Below, piece after piece: positions 39,087 through 49,409 of a DNA stretch of 64,000 bases (positions within the stretch are counted from its first letter, which is position 1; every line of letters starts with the position of its first letter). Source of the stretch: an uncultured Acidobacteriota bacterium (GTDB lineage: Bacteria; Acidobacteriota; Vicinamibacteria; Fen-336); the NCBI GenBank assembly GCA_963720545.1, contig OY970399.1, forward strand, positions 1,984,001 through 2,048,000, given 5' to 3'. The notes beneath the pieces were generated by a model. That model saw only the letters and a program-made list of their open reading frames with translations. It made no database searches and was not told the DNA's origin. The translations under genes and the position numbers were made by a program.

Positions 39087-41135
39087 ATGACCAAGGTCCG
39101 CATCGCCGCGCTCGCCGTGCTTGCCGCAGCGCTCGCCTCGGGCGGCGGTTCGCTGCGCGCCCAGGAAAAGGAAGCGGCAGCGGCATTGAAGCCGGGGTTC
39201 GACATCCGCACGCTCGACCGCAGCGTGTCGGCGTGCGACGACTTCTACCAGTTTGCCTGCGGCGGCTGGCTCAAGCAGGCCGAGATCCCGGCCGATCGTT
39301 CCCGCTGGGGGCGGTCCTCGGAACTCGGTGCGCGCAACGAAGCGACGCTGCACGAGATCCTCGAGGAAGTGTCGAAGGACGACCCGAAGCGCGACCCGGT
39401 GAACCGCCAGATCGGCGACGCGTACGCGGCGTGCATGGACCAGGCCGGCATCGAGAAGCTGGGGCTTGGCCCCATCAAGCCTGAGCTCGACCGCATCGCG
39501 GCGCTCGCCGGCACCGACGGCATCCCGGCGCTCACCGGCGAGCTGCACATGATCGGCGTCAACGTGCTCTTCGGCTTCGGCGCCGAGCAGGACTTCAAGG
39601 TGCCAAGCCAGATCCTCGCCATCGCCGACCAGGGCGGGCTGGGCCTGCCCGACCGCGACTACTACTTCAAGGACGATGCGAAGTCGAAGGAGATCCGCGA
39701 CGGCTACGTCGCCCATGTCACGAAGATGATGACGCTCGCCGGCGAGTCTGCAGAGCAGGCGGCGGCGGCGGCGAAGGCGGTGATGGCGTTCGAGACGGCG
39801 CTCGCGAACGTGTCGGCCGACCGGCTGAGCCGCCGCGATCCCGCAAGCCTCTACCACCCCACCGAGCGCAAGGACCTGCAGCCGCTGACGCCGCACTTCT
39901 CCTGGGACGCGTATTTCAAGACGATCGCGGCGCCGTCCATCGCGAGCGTCAACATCACGCATCCGGAATTCTTCAAGGGCTTCGACGCGGCGATCACGGC
40001 AACCGACCTCGCCGCCTGGAAGACCTACTTCAAGTGGCAGACGATCCACGCCGCGGCGCCGCTGCTGCCGAAGGCGTTCGTCGACGAGAACTTCGCGTTC
40101 TACGGTGCGGCGCTCACCGGCGCCAAGGAACTGCGGCCGCGCTGGAAGACCTGCGTCGAGCGCGTGGACAACGAGCTGGGCGAGGCGCTCGGCAAGTCGT
40201 TCGTCGAGCGCCGCTTCGGCGCCGACGGCAAGGCGCGCATGCTGGCGATGGTTGCGGCACTCGAGAAGTCGCTGCGCGCCGACATCAAGACCGTGCCGTG
40301 GATGACCGAAGCAACGCGCGCCAAGGCGCTCGAGAAGCTCACGGCCTTCGGCACCAAGATCGGCTATCCCGACACCTGGCGCGACTATTCGTCGATCAAG
40401 GTGACGCGCGGCGATGCCGTCGGCAACTCCGACCGCGCCACCCGCTTCGAGTTCGCGCGCCAGCTCGCACGGATCGGCAAGCCGCTCGACCGCAAGGAAT
40501 GGAGCATGACGCCGCCGACCGTGAACGCCGGCTACCATCCGCTGCGCAACGACATCAGCTTCCCCGCCGGCATCCTGCAGCCGCCGTTCTTCGACAAGGA
40601 CATCGACGACCCGATCAACTTCGGCGGCATCGGCGCCGTCATCGGCCATGAAATGACGCACGGCTTCGACGACCAGGGCCGCCAGTTCGCCGCCGACGGC
40701 AGCCTCACCGACTGGTGGACCGAGGTCGACGGCAAGGAGTTCGAGAAGCGCGCCGCCTGCATCGCCGACGAGTACAGCGGGTTCACGGCCATAGACGACG
40801 TCAAGCTGAACGGCAAGCTGACGCTCGGCGAGAACGTCGCCGACAACGGCGGCGTGCGCATCGCCTACGCGGCGCTCCTCGACCTGCTGGGCGGCAAGCA
40901 GGCGGCGTCGATCGACGGCTTCACGCCGCAGCAGCGTTTCTTCCTCGGCTACGGCCAGATCTGGTGCGAGCAGCAGCGCCCGGAGATGGCGCGGCTGCGC
41001 GCCCAGGTGGACGTGCACTCGACCGCTCAGGCGCGCGTCAATGGTGTGGTGTCCAACATGCCGGAGTTCGCGCAGGCGTTCGGCTGCGCGGCCGGGGCGA
41101 AGATGGTGCGCGCCAACGCCTGCAAGGTCTGGTAA
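39087..41135 (+). CDS. Secreted M13 (neprilysin/PepO) metallopeptidase
   Basis: CDDFYQFACG, VNAGY, GHEMTHGFD, GENVAD. Confidence 0.95.
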   Translation: MTKVRIAALAVLAAALASGGGSLRAQEKEAAAALKPGFDIRTLDRSVSACDDFYQFACGGWLKQAEIPADRSRWGRSSELGARNEATLHEILEEVSKDDPKRDPVNRQIGDAYAACMDQAGIEKLGLGPIKPELDRIAALAGTDGIPALTGELHMIGVNVLFGFGAEQDFKVPSQILAIADQGGLGLPDRDYYFKDDAKSKEIRDGYVAHVTKMMTLAGESAEQAAAAAKAVMAFETALANVSADRLSRRDPASLYHPTERKDLQPLTPHFSWDAYFKTIAAPSIASVNITHPEFFKGFDAAITATDLAAWKTYFKWQTIHAAAPLLPKAFVDENFAFYGAALTGAKELRPRWKTCVERVDNELGEALGKSFVERRFGADGKARMLAMVAALEKSLRADIKTVPWMTEATRAKALEKLTAFGTKIGYPDTWRDYSSIKVTRGDAVGNSDRATRFEFARQLARIGKPLDRKEWSMTPPTVNAGYHPLRNDISFPAGILQPPFFDKDIDDPINFGGIGAVIGHEMTHGFDDQGRQFAADGSLTDWWTEVDGKEFEKRAACIADEYSGFTAIDDVKLNGKLTLGENVADNGGVRIAYAALLDLLGGKQAASIDGFTPQQRFFLGYGQIWCEQQRPEMARLRAQVDVHSTAQARVNGVVSNMPEFAQAFGCAAGAKMVRANACKVW

Positions 41136-42626
41136 CTACTCGACCCGCCCCTCCAAAAACCAACGCTGGCGGGGGCGGTCGTAGTAGATCCACAGCACGT
41201 CGCCGCTTGCGAGCGACGCGAAGTAGTACTCGCGCTGCACCTCGCCGCGCCACCAGCCGCCGGCGAGGACGTAGGGGCCGGTGAATTTCTCGACCCGGCC
41301 ATGCTCGATGCCGCGCAGCAGCCAGCCGTCGGGCTCATGCCGCGGCCGCGGCGGCAGCGACACGGGCTTGTCGTAGAGCCGGCGCACCAGCGGGCGTAGC
41401 GGCACCACGCGCGGCTTCGCTCCGGCGGAATCGAGCCGCTGCAACGGCTGCCATTCGAAGCCGGCGCGCGGCAGGTGCGCGTCGCGCAGCACCGCGCGCA
41501 CCACCGCGTCGTCGCCAAGCTCCGAACGCAGGCGCGCGAACGCGCGCGCCATGGCATCGTAGTCGCGCCGCCCGCGGGTGATGGCGAGCCGGATCTGCTC
41601 GGCCGGCGCGCGCACGCCTTGCGCCTCGAGGCCGATGGCGACGACACCGCAGCGCAGGACCAGGGTGCCAAGCCGCAGCCGCAGCAGGTTCAAGACCTGC
41701 ACGCCGTCGAGGGTGGGCGCGGCGGTGCGGATGCACTCCTCCTGCAGCGAATGGTCGTCGAGCTGCAGGTGGATGCGCAGCGCCGTCAGCGCCTCGCCGC
41801 GCTGGCGCAGGTCGTAAAGCAGCGGATCGAGCAGCTGCTTGCACGCGAACAGCAGGCGTTCGACGTCGGAATCGGGATAGCCGAGGTCGTGGTCGCGCCG
41901 CAGTTTGACAACCGGCGGCTGCGGCAGAAGCGGCGAGAACGCCTTGCCGGCCGCGAGGCAGTGCAGCGACCACGCCGCCTTGCCGAAGCGCTCCAGCAGT
42001 CCCTCGGCTGGCAGCTCGAGAAACTCGCCCAGGTTGCGGATGCCGAGCTGCAGCAAGTCGTCGCGCACCGCGGCCTCGAAGTCGAGGAGCCTCAGGGGTA
42101 CGCGGCGCATCGCCGCCTGCTCTTCCGCGGCGCTCTCGAAAACCCGGGTCTCGCGGACCAGGCGGGTGGTGGCGTAGGTGCCGAAGCGGCTGAAACCAAC
42201 CACGATGCCGGCGGCCAACGAAGCCGCGGCGCAATCGTCGCGGATGGCCTTGGCCCACTGCGCTAGTTGCGGGTAGAGGCGGCGAAAGCCGCTGGCGTCG
42301 AGCCAGAAGATTCCCGGCAATCCCGGCGCGGGTTCGACGTGCGGCGTGAAGCGGTGCAGGCGCGCCGCCAGTTCTGCCACCAGAGCACTCGTGGCAGCCT
42401 CGGACACGGTGCCGGCGCGCAGCTCGCGGCACACGGCGAGCGCCGCGGCATAGCGCTGCCCCGGCAGCACGCCGCCACGCCGCGCCTGCTCGTTGACGTA
42501 GCGCAGGAGCGCCGTCGGCTTGTCTTCCGCGACCACCGCCACCGGCTGGTCGCGCCACTCGGGGTGCTCGCGCAGCAGCTGCTGCAGCGGCAGCGCCGGC
42601 GCGTCAACGCAAGCCAGCCGGCCCAC
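41136..42626 (-). CDS. imuB: ImuB, inactive Y-family polymerase
   Basis: VNEQARRGGVLPG, FTPHVE, LGIRNLGEF, C-terminal GP..LAGGWW...REYY...WFLEG. Confidence 0.88.
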   Translation of the reverse strand: MGRLACVDAPALPLQQLLREHPEWRDQPVAVVAEDKPTALLRYVNEQARRGGVLPGQRYAAALAVCRELRAGTVSEAATSALVAELAARLHRFTPHVEPAPGLPGIFWLDASGFRRLYPQLAQWAKAIRDDCAAASLAAGIVVGFSRFGTYATTRLVRETRVFESAAEEQAAMRRVPLRLLDFEAAVRDDLLQLGIRNLGEFLELPAEGLLERFGKAAWSLHCLAAGKAFSPLLPQPPVVKLRRDHDLGYPDSDVERLLFACKQLLDPLLYDLRQRGEALTALRIHLQLDDHSLQEECIRTAAPTLDGVQVLNLLRLRLGTLVLRCGVVAIGLEAQGVRAPAEQIRLAITRGRRDYDAMARAFARLRSELGDDAVVRAVLRDAHLPRAGFEWQPLQRLDSAGAKPRVVPLRPLVRRLYDKPVSLPPRPRHEPDGWLLRGIEHGRVEKFTGPYVLAGGWWRGEVQREYYFASLASGDVLWIYYDRPRQRWFLEGRVE

Positions 42627-43242
42627 GGCACGCCTCCGTCGCGGTGGCTCCCGGGCCGCGGCGCTTGTCTTTCAGCACCGCCACCTGCACCTGCATGGCG
42701 CCGCTTTTGGCAACGCTGCGCACGGCTTCGGCGCGCAGGGAAACGAGCGAGCTGATGGATGCGGACGCCGCGGGCTTGTCGGTGAGGAACACGATCGCCG
42801 TTTCGTGCTTCTGGGCCAGGCCCGCGAGCCGCGTGAGGATGGCGGCCTGGGCATGGCCCGAGAGGGCGCCCGCGGCGCGGTCGAGGTCGATGACGATGAG
42901 GCCGAAGGCGCCGCTGCGCGCCAGCTGCTCGGCGGCGCGGCCGGCTTTCGCCGCATCGGCGGCGCGCACCACCGCGAGGCTCGCGAGGTCGATGCCGCCG
43001 TCGGCGGCGTCGCGCGGCAGGAATGAGCTGCCGCGCACCAGCACCCAGGCCGCCGGCTCGCCGGCCTGCTGCGCGTCGAGCACCAGGCCGAAGGCCGCGG
43101 TAAGCCGCGCCGAGGCCGGCGCGTTCGACAGCTCGCACAGGCGGCCGTTCAATTCCGTGAGGGAAAATCCGCGGGCGGACGCGGGCGCCGCGCTGACGAG
43201 ATCGCGCAGGCGCAGCATCGGACTCTGGAGCACGCGAGCCAC
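42604..43242 (-). CDS. imuA: ImuA / RecA-like protein
   Basis: GRLCELS with degenerate Walker A, GIDLASLAVV, RSGAFGLIVIDL; directly upstream of imuB. Confidence 0.85.
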   Translation of the reverse strand: MARVLQSPMLRLRDLVSAAPASARGFSLTELNGRLCELSNAPASARLTAAFGLVLDAQQAGEPAAWVLVRGSSFLPRDAADGGIDLASLAVVRAADAAKAGRAAEQLARSGAFGLIVIDLDRAAGALSGHAQAAILTRLAGLAQKHETAIVFLTDKPAASASISSLVSLRAEAVRSVAKSGAMQVQVAVLKDKRRGPGATATEACRGPAGLR

Positions 43243-43253
43243 AGCTCACTGTA

Positions 43254-43275
43254 GCGAACAAAAGGCGAAAGTCAA
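43254..43275. promoter_or_regulatory. Putative LexA box inside the imuA promoter
   Basis: Coding strand reads TTGACT-TTCGCCTTTTGTTCGC-TACAGT, 5 nt before GTG. Confidence 0.78.
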
Positions 43276-43330
43276 CCTGAACCGCCTCGCGGATCAAGTA
43301 GATTGCGCTGAGCAACAAAGGAGCTGCCCA

Positions 43331-44752
43331 GTGCATCGTCTCGCCTTGACTGCCGTGCTCGTCGCCGCCACCTTCCTGCCGCTCGCCCACGCCGACAACG
43401 TGGACGACTTCATCAAGGCGGACATGGCGGCCCGCAAGATTCCCGGGGTGGCGATAGCGATCACCCGCGACGGCAAGGTGATCCGCGCGCAGGGCTACGG
43501 CCTCGCGAACATCGAACACCAGGTACCGGTGAAGCCGGAGACGGTGTTCCAGTCGGGCTCGGTCGGCAAGCAGTTCACCTCGATGGCGATCATGATGCTG
43601 GCGGAAGCCGGCAAGCTGTCGATCGACGACCCCGTTTCCAAGTATTTCGGCCCGACGCCGCTGAGCTGGAAGCCGATCAAGCTGCGCCACCTGCTCACCC
43701 ACACGTCCGGCATCAAGGACTGGGGCGAGCCGGAGCTCGACAACCGCCGCGACTACACCGAAGACCAGCTGGTGGCGGTGGCGAAGAAGCTGCCGCTCGA
43801 TTTCGTTCCCGGGACGCAGTGGAGCTACAGCAACACCGGCTACGTGCTGCTCGGCATCGTCATCCACAAGGTGAGCGGCCAGTTCTACGGCGACTTCCTG
43901 CAAGAGCGGGTCTTCAAGCCGCTCGGCATGAGCCGAACGCGCGTCATCAGCGAGCGCGACATCATCGCCGACCGCGCTGCCGGCTATGAGCTCGTGAAGG
44001 ACGAGCTGAAGAACCAGGAGTGGGTTTCGCCCATGCTCAACACCACGGCCGACGGCTCGCTCTACACCACGGTTCTCGACCTCGCGAAGTGGGACGCGGC
44101 GCTGCACGGCGAAGCGCTCGTGAAGAAGGCGACGCTCGACACGCTGTGGACGCCGGTGACGCTCAAGAACGGCCAGACCCGCCAGTACGGCTTCGGCTGG
44201 GGTTTCGACGTGCAACGCGGCCACCGCATCATCGAACACGGCGGCTCGTGGCAGGGCTTCCGCGCCACGGTCACGCGCTACGTGGACGACGGCCTCGGCA
44301 TCCTGATCCTCGCGAACCTGGCGCAGGCGCAGCCCGAGGCGATGAGCCACGCGGTGGCGGGCCTCCTCGAACCGGCGCTGGCGCTGCCCGATCCGCGCAA
44401 GCCCGGCACCGATCCCGACCCGAAGCGCTCGGCGGCGCTCGCGGAGCTGCTCGCGAACTGGACCGTGTTCAAGCCGGCGCCGCTCATGGCCACGGCGCTC
44501 AGCACGGACAACTCGCAAACGCCGCGCTCGAAGGCGGGCCGCAAGTACGTCGGCGACGTGCTTGCGAAGAAGACCTCGTTCGATTTCCTGGTCAGCGACG
44601 ACGTCGCCGGCAAGGGCTTCGTGCGCCGCAGCGTCCCGGTTGCGAGCATCCTGCACTACGGGCTGCAGGCCGGCGGCAAGGCCTACACGATGCGCTTCTT
44701 TCTCGATGCCGACGGCAGGGTCATCGAGTTCGACTCCGAAGAAGCGGACTAG
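43331..44752 (+). CDS. Secreted serine hydrolase (beta-lactamase class C/S12 family)
   Basis: Signal peptide; SVGK, LLTHTSG, YSN, HGG motifs. Confidence 0.9.
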   Translation: MHRLALTAVLVAATFLPLAHADNVDDFIKADMAARKIPGVAIAITRDGKVIRAQGYGLANIEHQVPVKPETVFQSGSVGKQFTSMAIMMLAEAGKLSIDDPVSKYFGPTPLSWKPIKLRHLLTHTSGIKDWGEPELDNRRDYTEDQLVAVAKKLPLDFVPGTQWSYSNTGYVLLGIVIHKVSGQFYGDFLQERVFKPLGMSRTRVISERDIIADRAAGYELVKDELKNQEWVSPMLNTTADGSLYTTVLDLAKWDAALHGEALVKKATLDTLWTPVTLKNGQTRQYGFGWGFDVQRGHRIIEHGGSWQGFRATVTRYVDDGLGILILANLAQAQPEAMSHAVAGLLEPALALPDPRKPGTDPDPKRSAALAELLANWTVFKPAPLMATALSTDNSQTPRSKAGRKYVGDVLAKKTSFDFLVSDDVAGKGFVRRSVPVASILHYGLQAGGKAYTMRFFLDADGRVIEFDSEEAD

Positions 44753-44754
44753 CG

Positions 44755-45567
44755 ATGCCCGCGGCAAAGTCGCAGACAAAGCCGAAGCGGAAGCCGCAGG
44801 CAATCGCGAAGGGCGCGCGCCAATACCATCTGGGCATCGCGCCCGGCGACCTCGCGCCTTACGTGATGCTGGTCGGCGATCCGGCGCGCGCCGACAAGGT
44901 GGCCGCGCACTTCGACAAGCGCCAGGGCGAGTGGCGGCACCGCGAGTTCGTCACCATCACCGGCACCTACCAGGGATTTCCGCTCACCGTCACCGGCACC
45001 GGCATCGGCCCCGACAACATGGAGATCACCGTCATCGAGATGAGCCAGGTGCGGCGCAACCTGACCTTCATCCGCGTCGGCTCGTGCGGCGCGCTGCAGC
45101 CCGACATCGAGCTCGGCGACCTGGTGGTTTCGACCGGTGCGGTGCGCCTCGAGAACACGACCACCTACTTCGTCCCCGAGGGCTACCCGGCCGTCGCCCA
45201 CCATGAAGTGACGGCCGCGATCATCGCCGCATGCCGCAAGACCAAGGCTCCGCACCACGTCGGCATCACCGCCAGCGCGCCTGGGTTCTTCGGCGCGCAG
45301 TCGCGCGACCTGCCGCCGTTCTCGCCGCGCTACGCCGACCTGCCAGGTGACCTCGGCAAGCTCGGCGTCAAGAACCTGGAGATGGAGATCAGCGCGCTCT
45401 TCACGCTGGCGTCGATCGGCGGCCATCGCGCCGGCGCCTTGTGCGCGGTCTACGCGCAGCGGCCGCGCGGCATCTTCGCCGACGCCCGGCAGCGCGACAC
45501 CGCCGAGGCGCGCGCCATCCGTGCCGGGCTCGCGGCGTTTGCGGAGCTTGCCTCAGCCGCGCGCTGA
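44755..45567 (+). CDS. udp: Uridine phosphorylase-family nucleoside phosphorylase
   Basis: YHLGI, VGDPARA, HREF, TGIG, IRVGSCG, NLEME. Confidence 0.85.
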   Translation: MPAAKSQTKPKRKPQAIAKGARQYHLGIAPGDLAPYVMLVGDPARADKVAAHFDKRQGEWRHREFVTITGTYQGFPLTVTGTGIGPDNMEITVIEMSQVRRNLTFIRVGSCGALQPDIELGDLVVSTGAVRLENTTTYFVPEGYPAVAHHEVTAAIIAACRKTKAPHHVGITASAPGFFGAQSRDLPPFSPRYADLPGDLGKLGVKNLEMEISALFTLASIGGHRAGALCAVYAQRPRGIFADARQRDTAEARAIRAGLAAFAELASAAR

Positions 45568-47763
45568 TTTTTCTGGGTAGAGCCGCTCGAACTCCGGGTC
45601 GCCGTGCAGCTGCGTGAGGTCGGGATCGCGGCGCGTCCAGTCGCTGTCGCGGAAGCCGGCGTTCCAGGCGCGCTTCAGTGCGTCCAGGGCGTCCGCACGG
45701 CGGTCCATGGCGGCGAACGCGCACGCCGCGTTGTAGGCGACGAGGCCGTCGTTCGGCCGCAGCACCAGCGCCAGGCTCGCTTCGCGTGCCGCGTCCTCGA
45801 TGCGGCCTTCGTCGGCATAGGCGCCGGCCAGCAGGATCCGGGCGCGCGCGTCCTCGGGAGTGCGCAGCAGGTGCGCCTCCACCGCCTGCACGTGCCGCTG
45901 GCGCAGGTTCTTCAAGGCGTCCTGCTTGCCGAGCGCCGCGAGCGCATTCAGGATCGGCACGTGGACGTTGTGGTCGTTGCCGCTCGCCTCGATCGCTTCC
46001 TCGGCGATGCGCTCGATCTCCTGGTACTGTCCGGTCGAGAACAGCGAGCGCAGCAGCAGGTAGTAGCCGCTGTCGGTGTCGGGCTTCTCCTTGAGGACGG
46101 CGCGCGCGATGTCCACAGCCGTCTGGTACTCGCCGTTCGCGTAGCAGAGCCAACCCTGCGCGGCCTTGGCGTCCGGCAGGTGCGGCGCCAGCGACACTGC
46201 CTTGGCGGAGGTGGTGCGCACCCGCTCCAGCCATGAGGGCTCCGAGCCGAAGTTGACGTAGAGGATGGCGCAGACGTTCGCCATCGCGGCGTAGGCGAGC
46301 GCGAAGGTCGGGTCCTGCGTGACCGCGTGCTCGTAGAGCTGCAGCGCAAACTCCATGTCCTGGCGCACCAGGCGGCGCGCGTAGCTGCGGCCGCGCAGGA
46401 ACAGGTCGTAGGCCTGCAGGTTCTCGGTGGGCTTGGCGGCGAGCGCCTGCTGCTCCTGCGGCGTCAGCGTGATGCGCAGCGCCTCGGCGATCTTGTGCGC
46501 GATCTCGTCCTGCAACTCGAAGACGTCGGCCATCTCGCGGTCGTAGCGCTCGGTCCACAGCGGGAAGTCGGTCTGCGTGTCCACGAGCTGCACGCTGATG
46601 CGCAGGCGGGTGCCCGCGCGCCGCAGGCTGCCGGCGAGCACATAGGCGGCGCCGAGCTGCTGGCCCAGCTCGGTGGGCGTGACGTGGCGGTCGCGGTACG
46701 GCAGCACCGTCGGGCGCGAGAAGATGCGCAGCCCCTTGATCTTGGTCAGCTCGGTGATGATGTCTTCGGTGACGCCGTCGCGCAGGTACTCCTCTTCCTT
46801 CGAGCCGCTCGGGTTCTCGAAGTAGAGCACCGCCACCGACTTCTCCGCCATGCGGCCGCCGCGCGAAGCGCCGGACGACGAGTCGCGGCCGCCGGAGTCG
46901 AGGTCGCGCTGCAGGCGCAGCAGGTCGGTCTTGAGGTCGGTCGCCGACTGGTAGCGCAGCGCGCGGTTCTTCTCGAGCGCCTTGCCGAGGATGCGGCCGA
47001 GTTCGGCGGGCAGCGCCGCGTTCACCTGGTGCGGGGGCGCCGGTTCGCGGTTCAGGATCGCGTCGAAGATGACGGCCGAGGTCTCGCCGGGGAACGGCAG
47101 CGCGCCGGTCGCCGCCTGGTAGAGCACCGTGCCGAGCGAGAACAGGTCGGTGCGCGCGTCGGTCAGCTGGCCGCGCGCCTGCTCGGGCGACATGTAGGAG
47201 ACGGTGCCGAGCGCCGAGCCGGCCTTGGTGAGCTGCTCCGGCTGCACGCCGGTCGGCTCCTCCGAGAGCTGCGAGACGCCGGCCTTCCCCACGCGGTCGA
47301 TCTTGGCGAGGCCGAAGTCGAGGATCTTCGCCTGGTCGCGGCTGTTGACGAAGATGTTCGCCGGCTTCAGGTCGCGGTGGACGATGCCGCGCGCGTGCGC
47401 CGACTCGAGCGCGTCGGCCACCTGCACCGCGATGCGCAGCACCGCGCCGAGGTCGAGCTCGCGCGCGGCGATCTTCGCGGCCAGCGTCTGCCCCTCGAGC
47501 AGCTCCATCACGATGAAGTGCTGGCCGTCGTGCTGTTCGATCGCGTAGACCGTGCAGATGCCGGGATGGTTGAGGGCGGACGCGGCGCGCGCCTCGCGCT
47601 GGAAACGCTCGAGGGCGTGCGCGTCCTGTGCCGTTTCCGGAGGCAGGAACTTGAGGGCGACCTTGCGGCCGAGGCTGCGATCGTCGGCTTCGTAGACGAC
47701 GCCCATGCCGCCGCTGCCGAGCTTCGCGGTGATGCCGTAATGCGAGACAGTCTGGCCGATCAT
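45553..47763 (-). CDS. Hanks-type Ser/Thr kinase with TolB-like and TPR C-terminus
   Basis: LGSGGMGVVY, VALK, HRDLKPAN, DFG, YMSPEQ, SVAVLYFEN, TPR repeats. Confidence 0.95.
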   Translation of the reverse strand: MIGQTVSHYGITAKLGSGGMGVVYEADDRSLGRKVALKFLPPETAQDAHALERFQREARAASALNHPGICTVYAIEQHDGQHFIVMELLEGQTLAAKIAARELDLGAVLRIAVQVADALESAHARGIVHRDLKPANIFVNSRDQAKILDFGLAKIDRVGKAGVSQLSEEPTGVQPEQLTKAGSALGTVSYMSPEQARGQLTDARTDLFSLGTVLYQAATGALPFPGETSAVIFDAILNREPAPPHQVNAALPAELGRILGKALEKNRALRYQSATDLKTDLLRLQRDLDSGGRDSSSGASRGGRMAEKSVAVLYFENPSGSKEEEYLRDGVTEDIITELTKIKGLRIFSRPTVLPYRDRHVTPTELGQQLGAAYVLAGSLRRAGTRLRISVQLVDTQTDFPLWTERYDREMADVFELQDEIAHKIAEALRITLTPQEQQALAAKPTENLQAYDLFLRGRSYARRLVRQDMEFALQLYEHAVTQDPTFALAYAAMANVCAILYVNFGSEPSWLERVRTTSAKAVSLAPHLPDAKAAQGWLCYANGEYQTAVDIARAVLKEKPDTDSGYYLLLRSLFSTGQYQEIERIAEEAIEASGNDHNVHVPILNALAALGKQDALKNLRQRHVQAVEAHLLRTPEDARARILLAGAYADEGRIEDAAREASLALVLRPNDGLVAYNAACAFAAMDRRADALDALKRAWNAGFRDSDWTRRDPDLTQLHGDPEFERLYPEKSARG

Positions 47764-47839
47764 TGCTTGGGGGAAGCCCCGGAGGAGTTCAGCGATGCTA
47801 GCCGCGCTCACCGGGCGCGTCAAAGAACGGCGCGTTCGG

Positions 47840-49372
47840 TCAGTGCACGATGAATCTGGCGATCGCGGCCTTGAGCCGCGCATGCTCCGCCTTGCGGATG
47901 TACATCATGTGGCCGGCCTCGAAGTATTCGATCGCGATGTTCTTGCGCAGCGACTCCGGCAGGCCGAGGTGCGCCACCGAAAACGGCGTGTCGAAGTAGG
48001 GCGTGGCGAGGTCGTAGTAGCCGGAGGTGAACAAGACGCGCAGCGCCGGGTTCGAGGTCATCGCCTTGCGCAGGTCCTCGGCGACGTTGACGTAGCGGTT
48101 CTGCGCCTCGTCCCAGTTCCACGACGGCAGGTCGGCCGACGACTCGTACTTGAGGTCGGTCTGGTAGTTGAGCGTGCGCCGCAGGTGGTCGTTGAGGAGC
48201 GCCACGTAGCCGACGCCCACCGCCGACGACGCCGGGTCGTATTCCGACTGCTCGCCCGCCGAGTCGCGGTCGTAGCCGGTGAAGCGCATGTCGAGCCGGC
48301 CGACGATCTTGCCGTCGCCGCGCAGCAGCTCCTTGAGGAAGCGGCTGTTGTCCACCCGCAGGTTGGAGCGCAGCACGTAGTCGGTGCTGAGCCCGGTGAG
48401 CCGTGCGAACTTCGCGGCGGTCGCCTGGCGCGCCTCCGCGCCGAGCCAGTCGCCCTGCAGCAGCGCCGCCGCGTACTCGCCGAGCGCAAACTCCTCGGCT
48501 TCCTTCAGCAGGCTGCGCAGGTCCTTCTGCTGCAGGTCGGCCGCGAGTTTCTTGTGGTACCAGGCCGCCGCCGCATAACTCGGGAAGTGCACGATCCAGG
48601 CGACGTCGTTGCCGACGTTCATCTCCTCGTTCTGCCAGTTGAGGATGGTGGACACCTGCACCAGCCCGTTCAGGTAGATGCCGTGGCTCTCCTGGAGATA
48701 GAGCGCGAGGCCCGCCGATCGGGTGGTGCCGTAGCTCTCGCCGGCGATGTACTTCGGCGAGGCCCAGCGGCCGTTCTTCGAGAGCCACTGGCGCATCAGG
48801 TCGGCGATCGACGTGATGTCGCCTTTCAGCCCCCAGAACTCCTTGGGGTCGACGCCGGGGGCGGGGCGGCTGAAGCCGGTGCCGATCGGGTCGATGAAGA
48901 CGAGGTCGGTGATGTCGAGGATCGAGTACGGGTTGTCGGCCAGCTCGCCCGGCGGCGGCAGCGCGAAGCCTTCGTCGTCCGAGCGCACCTTCTTCGGGCC
49001 GAAGGCGCCCATCTGCACCCAAACCGCCGCCGAGCCCGGGCCGCCGTTGAAGCTGAAGGTCACCGGCCGCTTCGCGTCGGCGCCGTCCTTCACGTAGGCG
49101 ACGTAGAACATCGACGCCTTCGCCTTGCCCTTGTCGTCGCGCAGGATCAAGGTCCCCGCGGTGGCCGTGTAGGCGATGCGCTGGCCATCGAGGGTCAGCA
49201 CGTGCTTGGTGACGGCGCTGGTTTCCTTCGGCTCGGGTGCGTCGTCGTCCTTCTTCACCTCTGTGGCTTCGCCGCTCTTCACCGTGACGGTGGTGGTTTC
49301 CTGAGCCAGGGCGAGGAGCGGTGCTGCGGCGAAGAGACCGAAGGTGGCGGCGACCAGGCGTAGTTTCAGCAT
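47840..49372 (-). CDS. Secreted S10 serine carboxypeptidase
   Basis: FNGGPGS, IDPIGTGFS, GESYG, GYYD, AGHMMY. Confidence 0.93.
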   Translation of the reverse strand: MLKLRLVAATFGLFAAAPLLALAQETTTVTVKSGEATEVKKDDDAPEPKETSAVTKHVLTLDGQRIAYTATAGTLILRDDKGKAKASMFYVAYVKDGADAKRPVTFSFNGGPGSAAVWVQMGAFGPKKVRSDDEGFALPPPGELADNPYSILDITDLVFIDPIGTGFSRPAPGVDPKEFWGLKGDITSIADLMRQWLSKNGRWASPKYIAGESYGTTRSAGLALYLQESHGIYLNGLVQVSTILNWQNEEMNVGNDVAWIVHFPSYAAAAWYHKKLAADLQQKDLRSLLKEAEEFALGEYAAALLQGDWLGAEARQATAAKFARLTGLSTDYVLRSNLRVDNSRFLKELLRGDGKIVGRLDMRFTGYDRDSAGEQSEYDPASSAVGVGYVALLNDHLRRTLNYQTDLKYESSADLPSWNWDEAQNRYVNVAEDLRKAMTSNPALRVLFTSGYYDLATPYFDTPFSVAHLGLPESLRKNIAIEYFEAGHMMYIRKAEHARLKAAIARFIVH

Positions 49373-49409
49373 GGGCGCGAGACTAGCGCAGCCGCGGCGG
49401 CGGCGCGAT

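Noticed and set aside
43331..44752. Bona fide beta-lactamase resistance gene
   Set aside because: SxxK/YxN/HGG motifs are shared across the serine hydrolase family; specificity cannot be read from sequence
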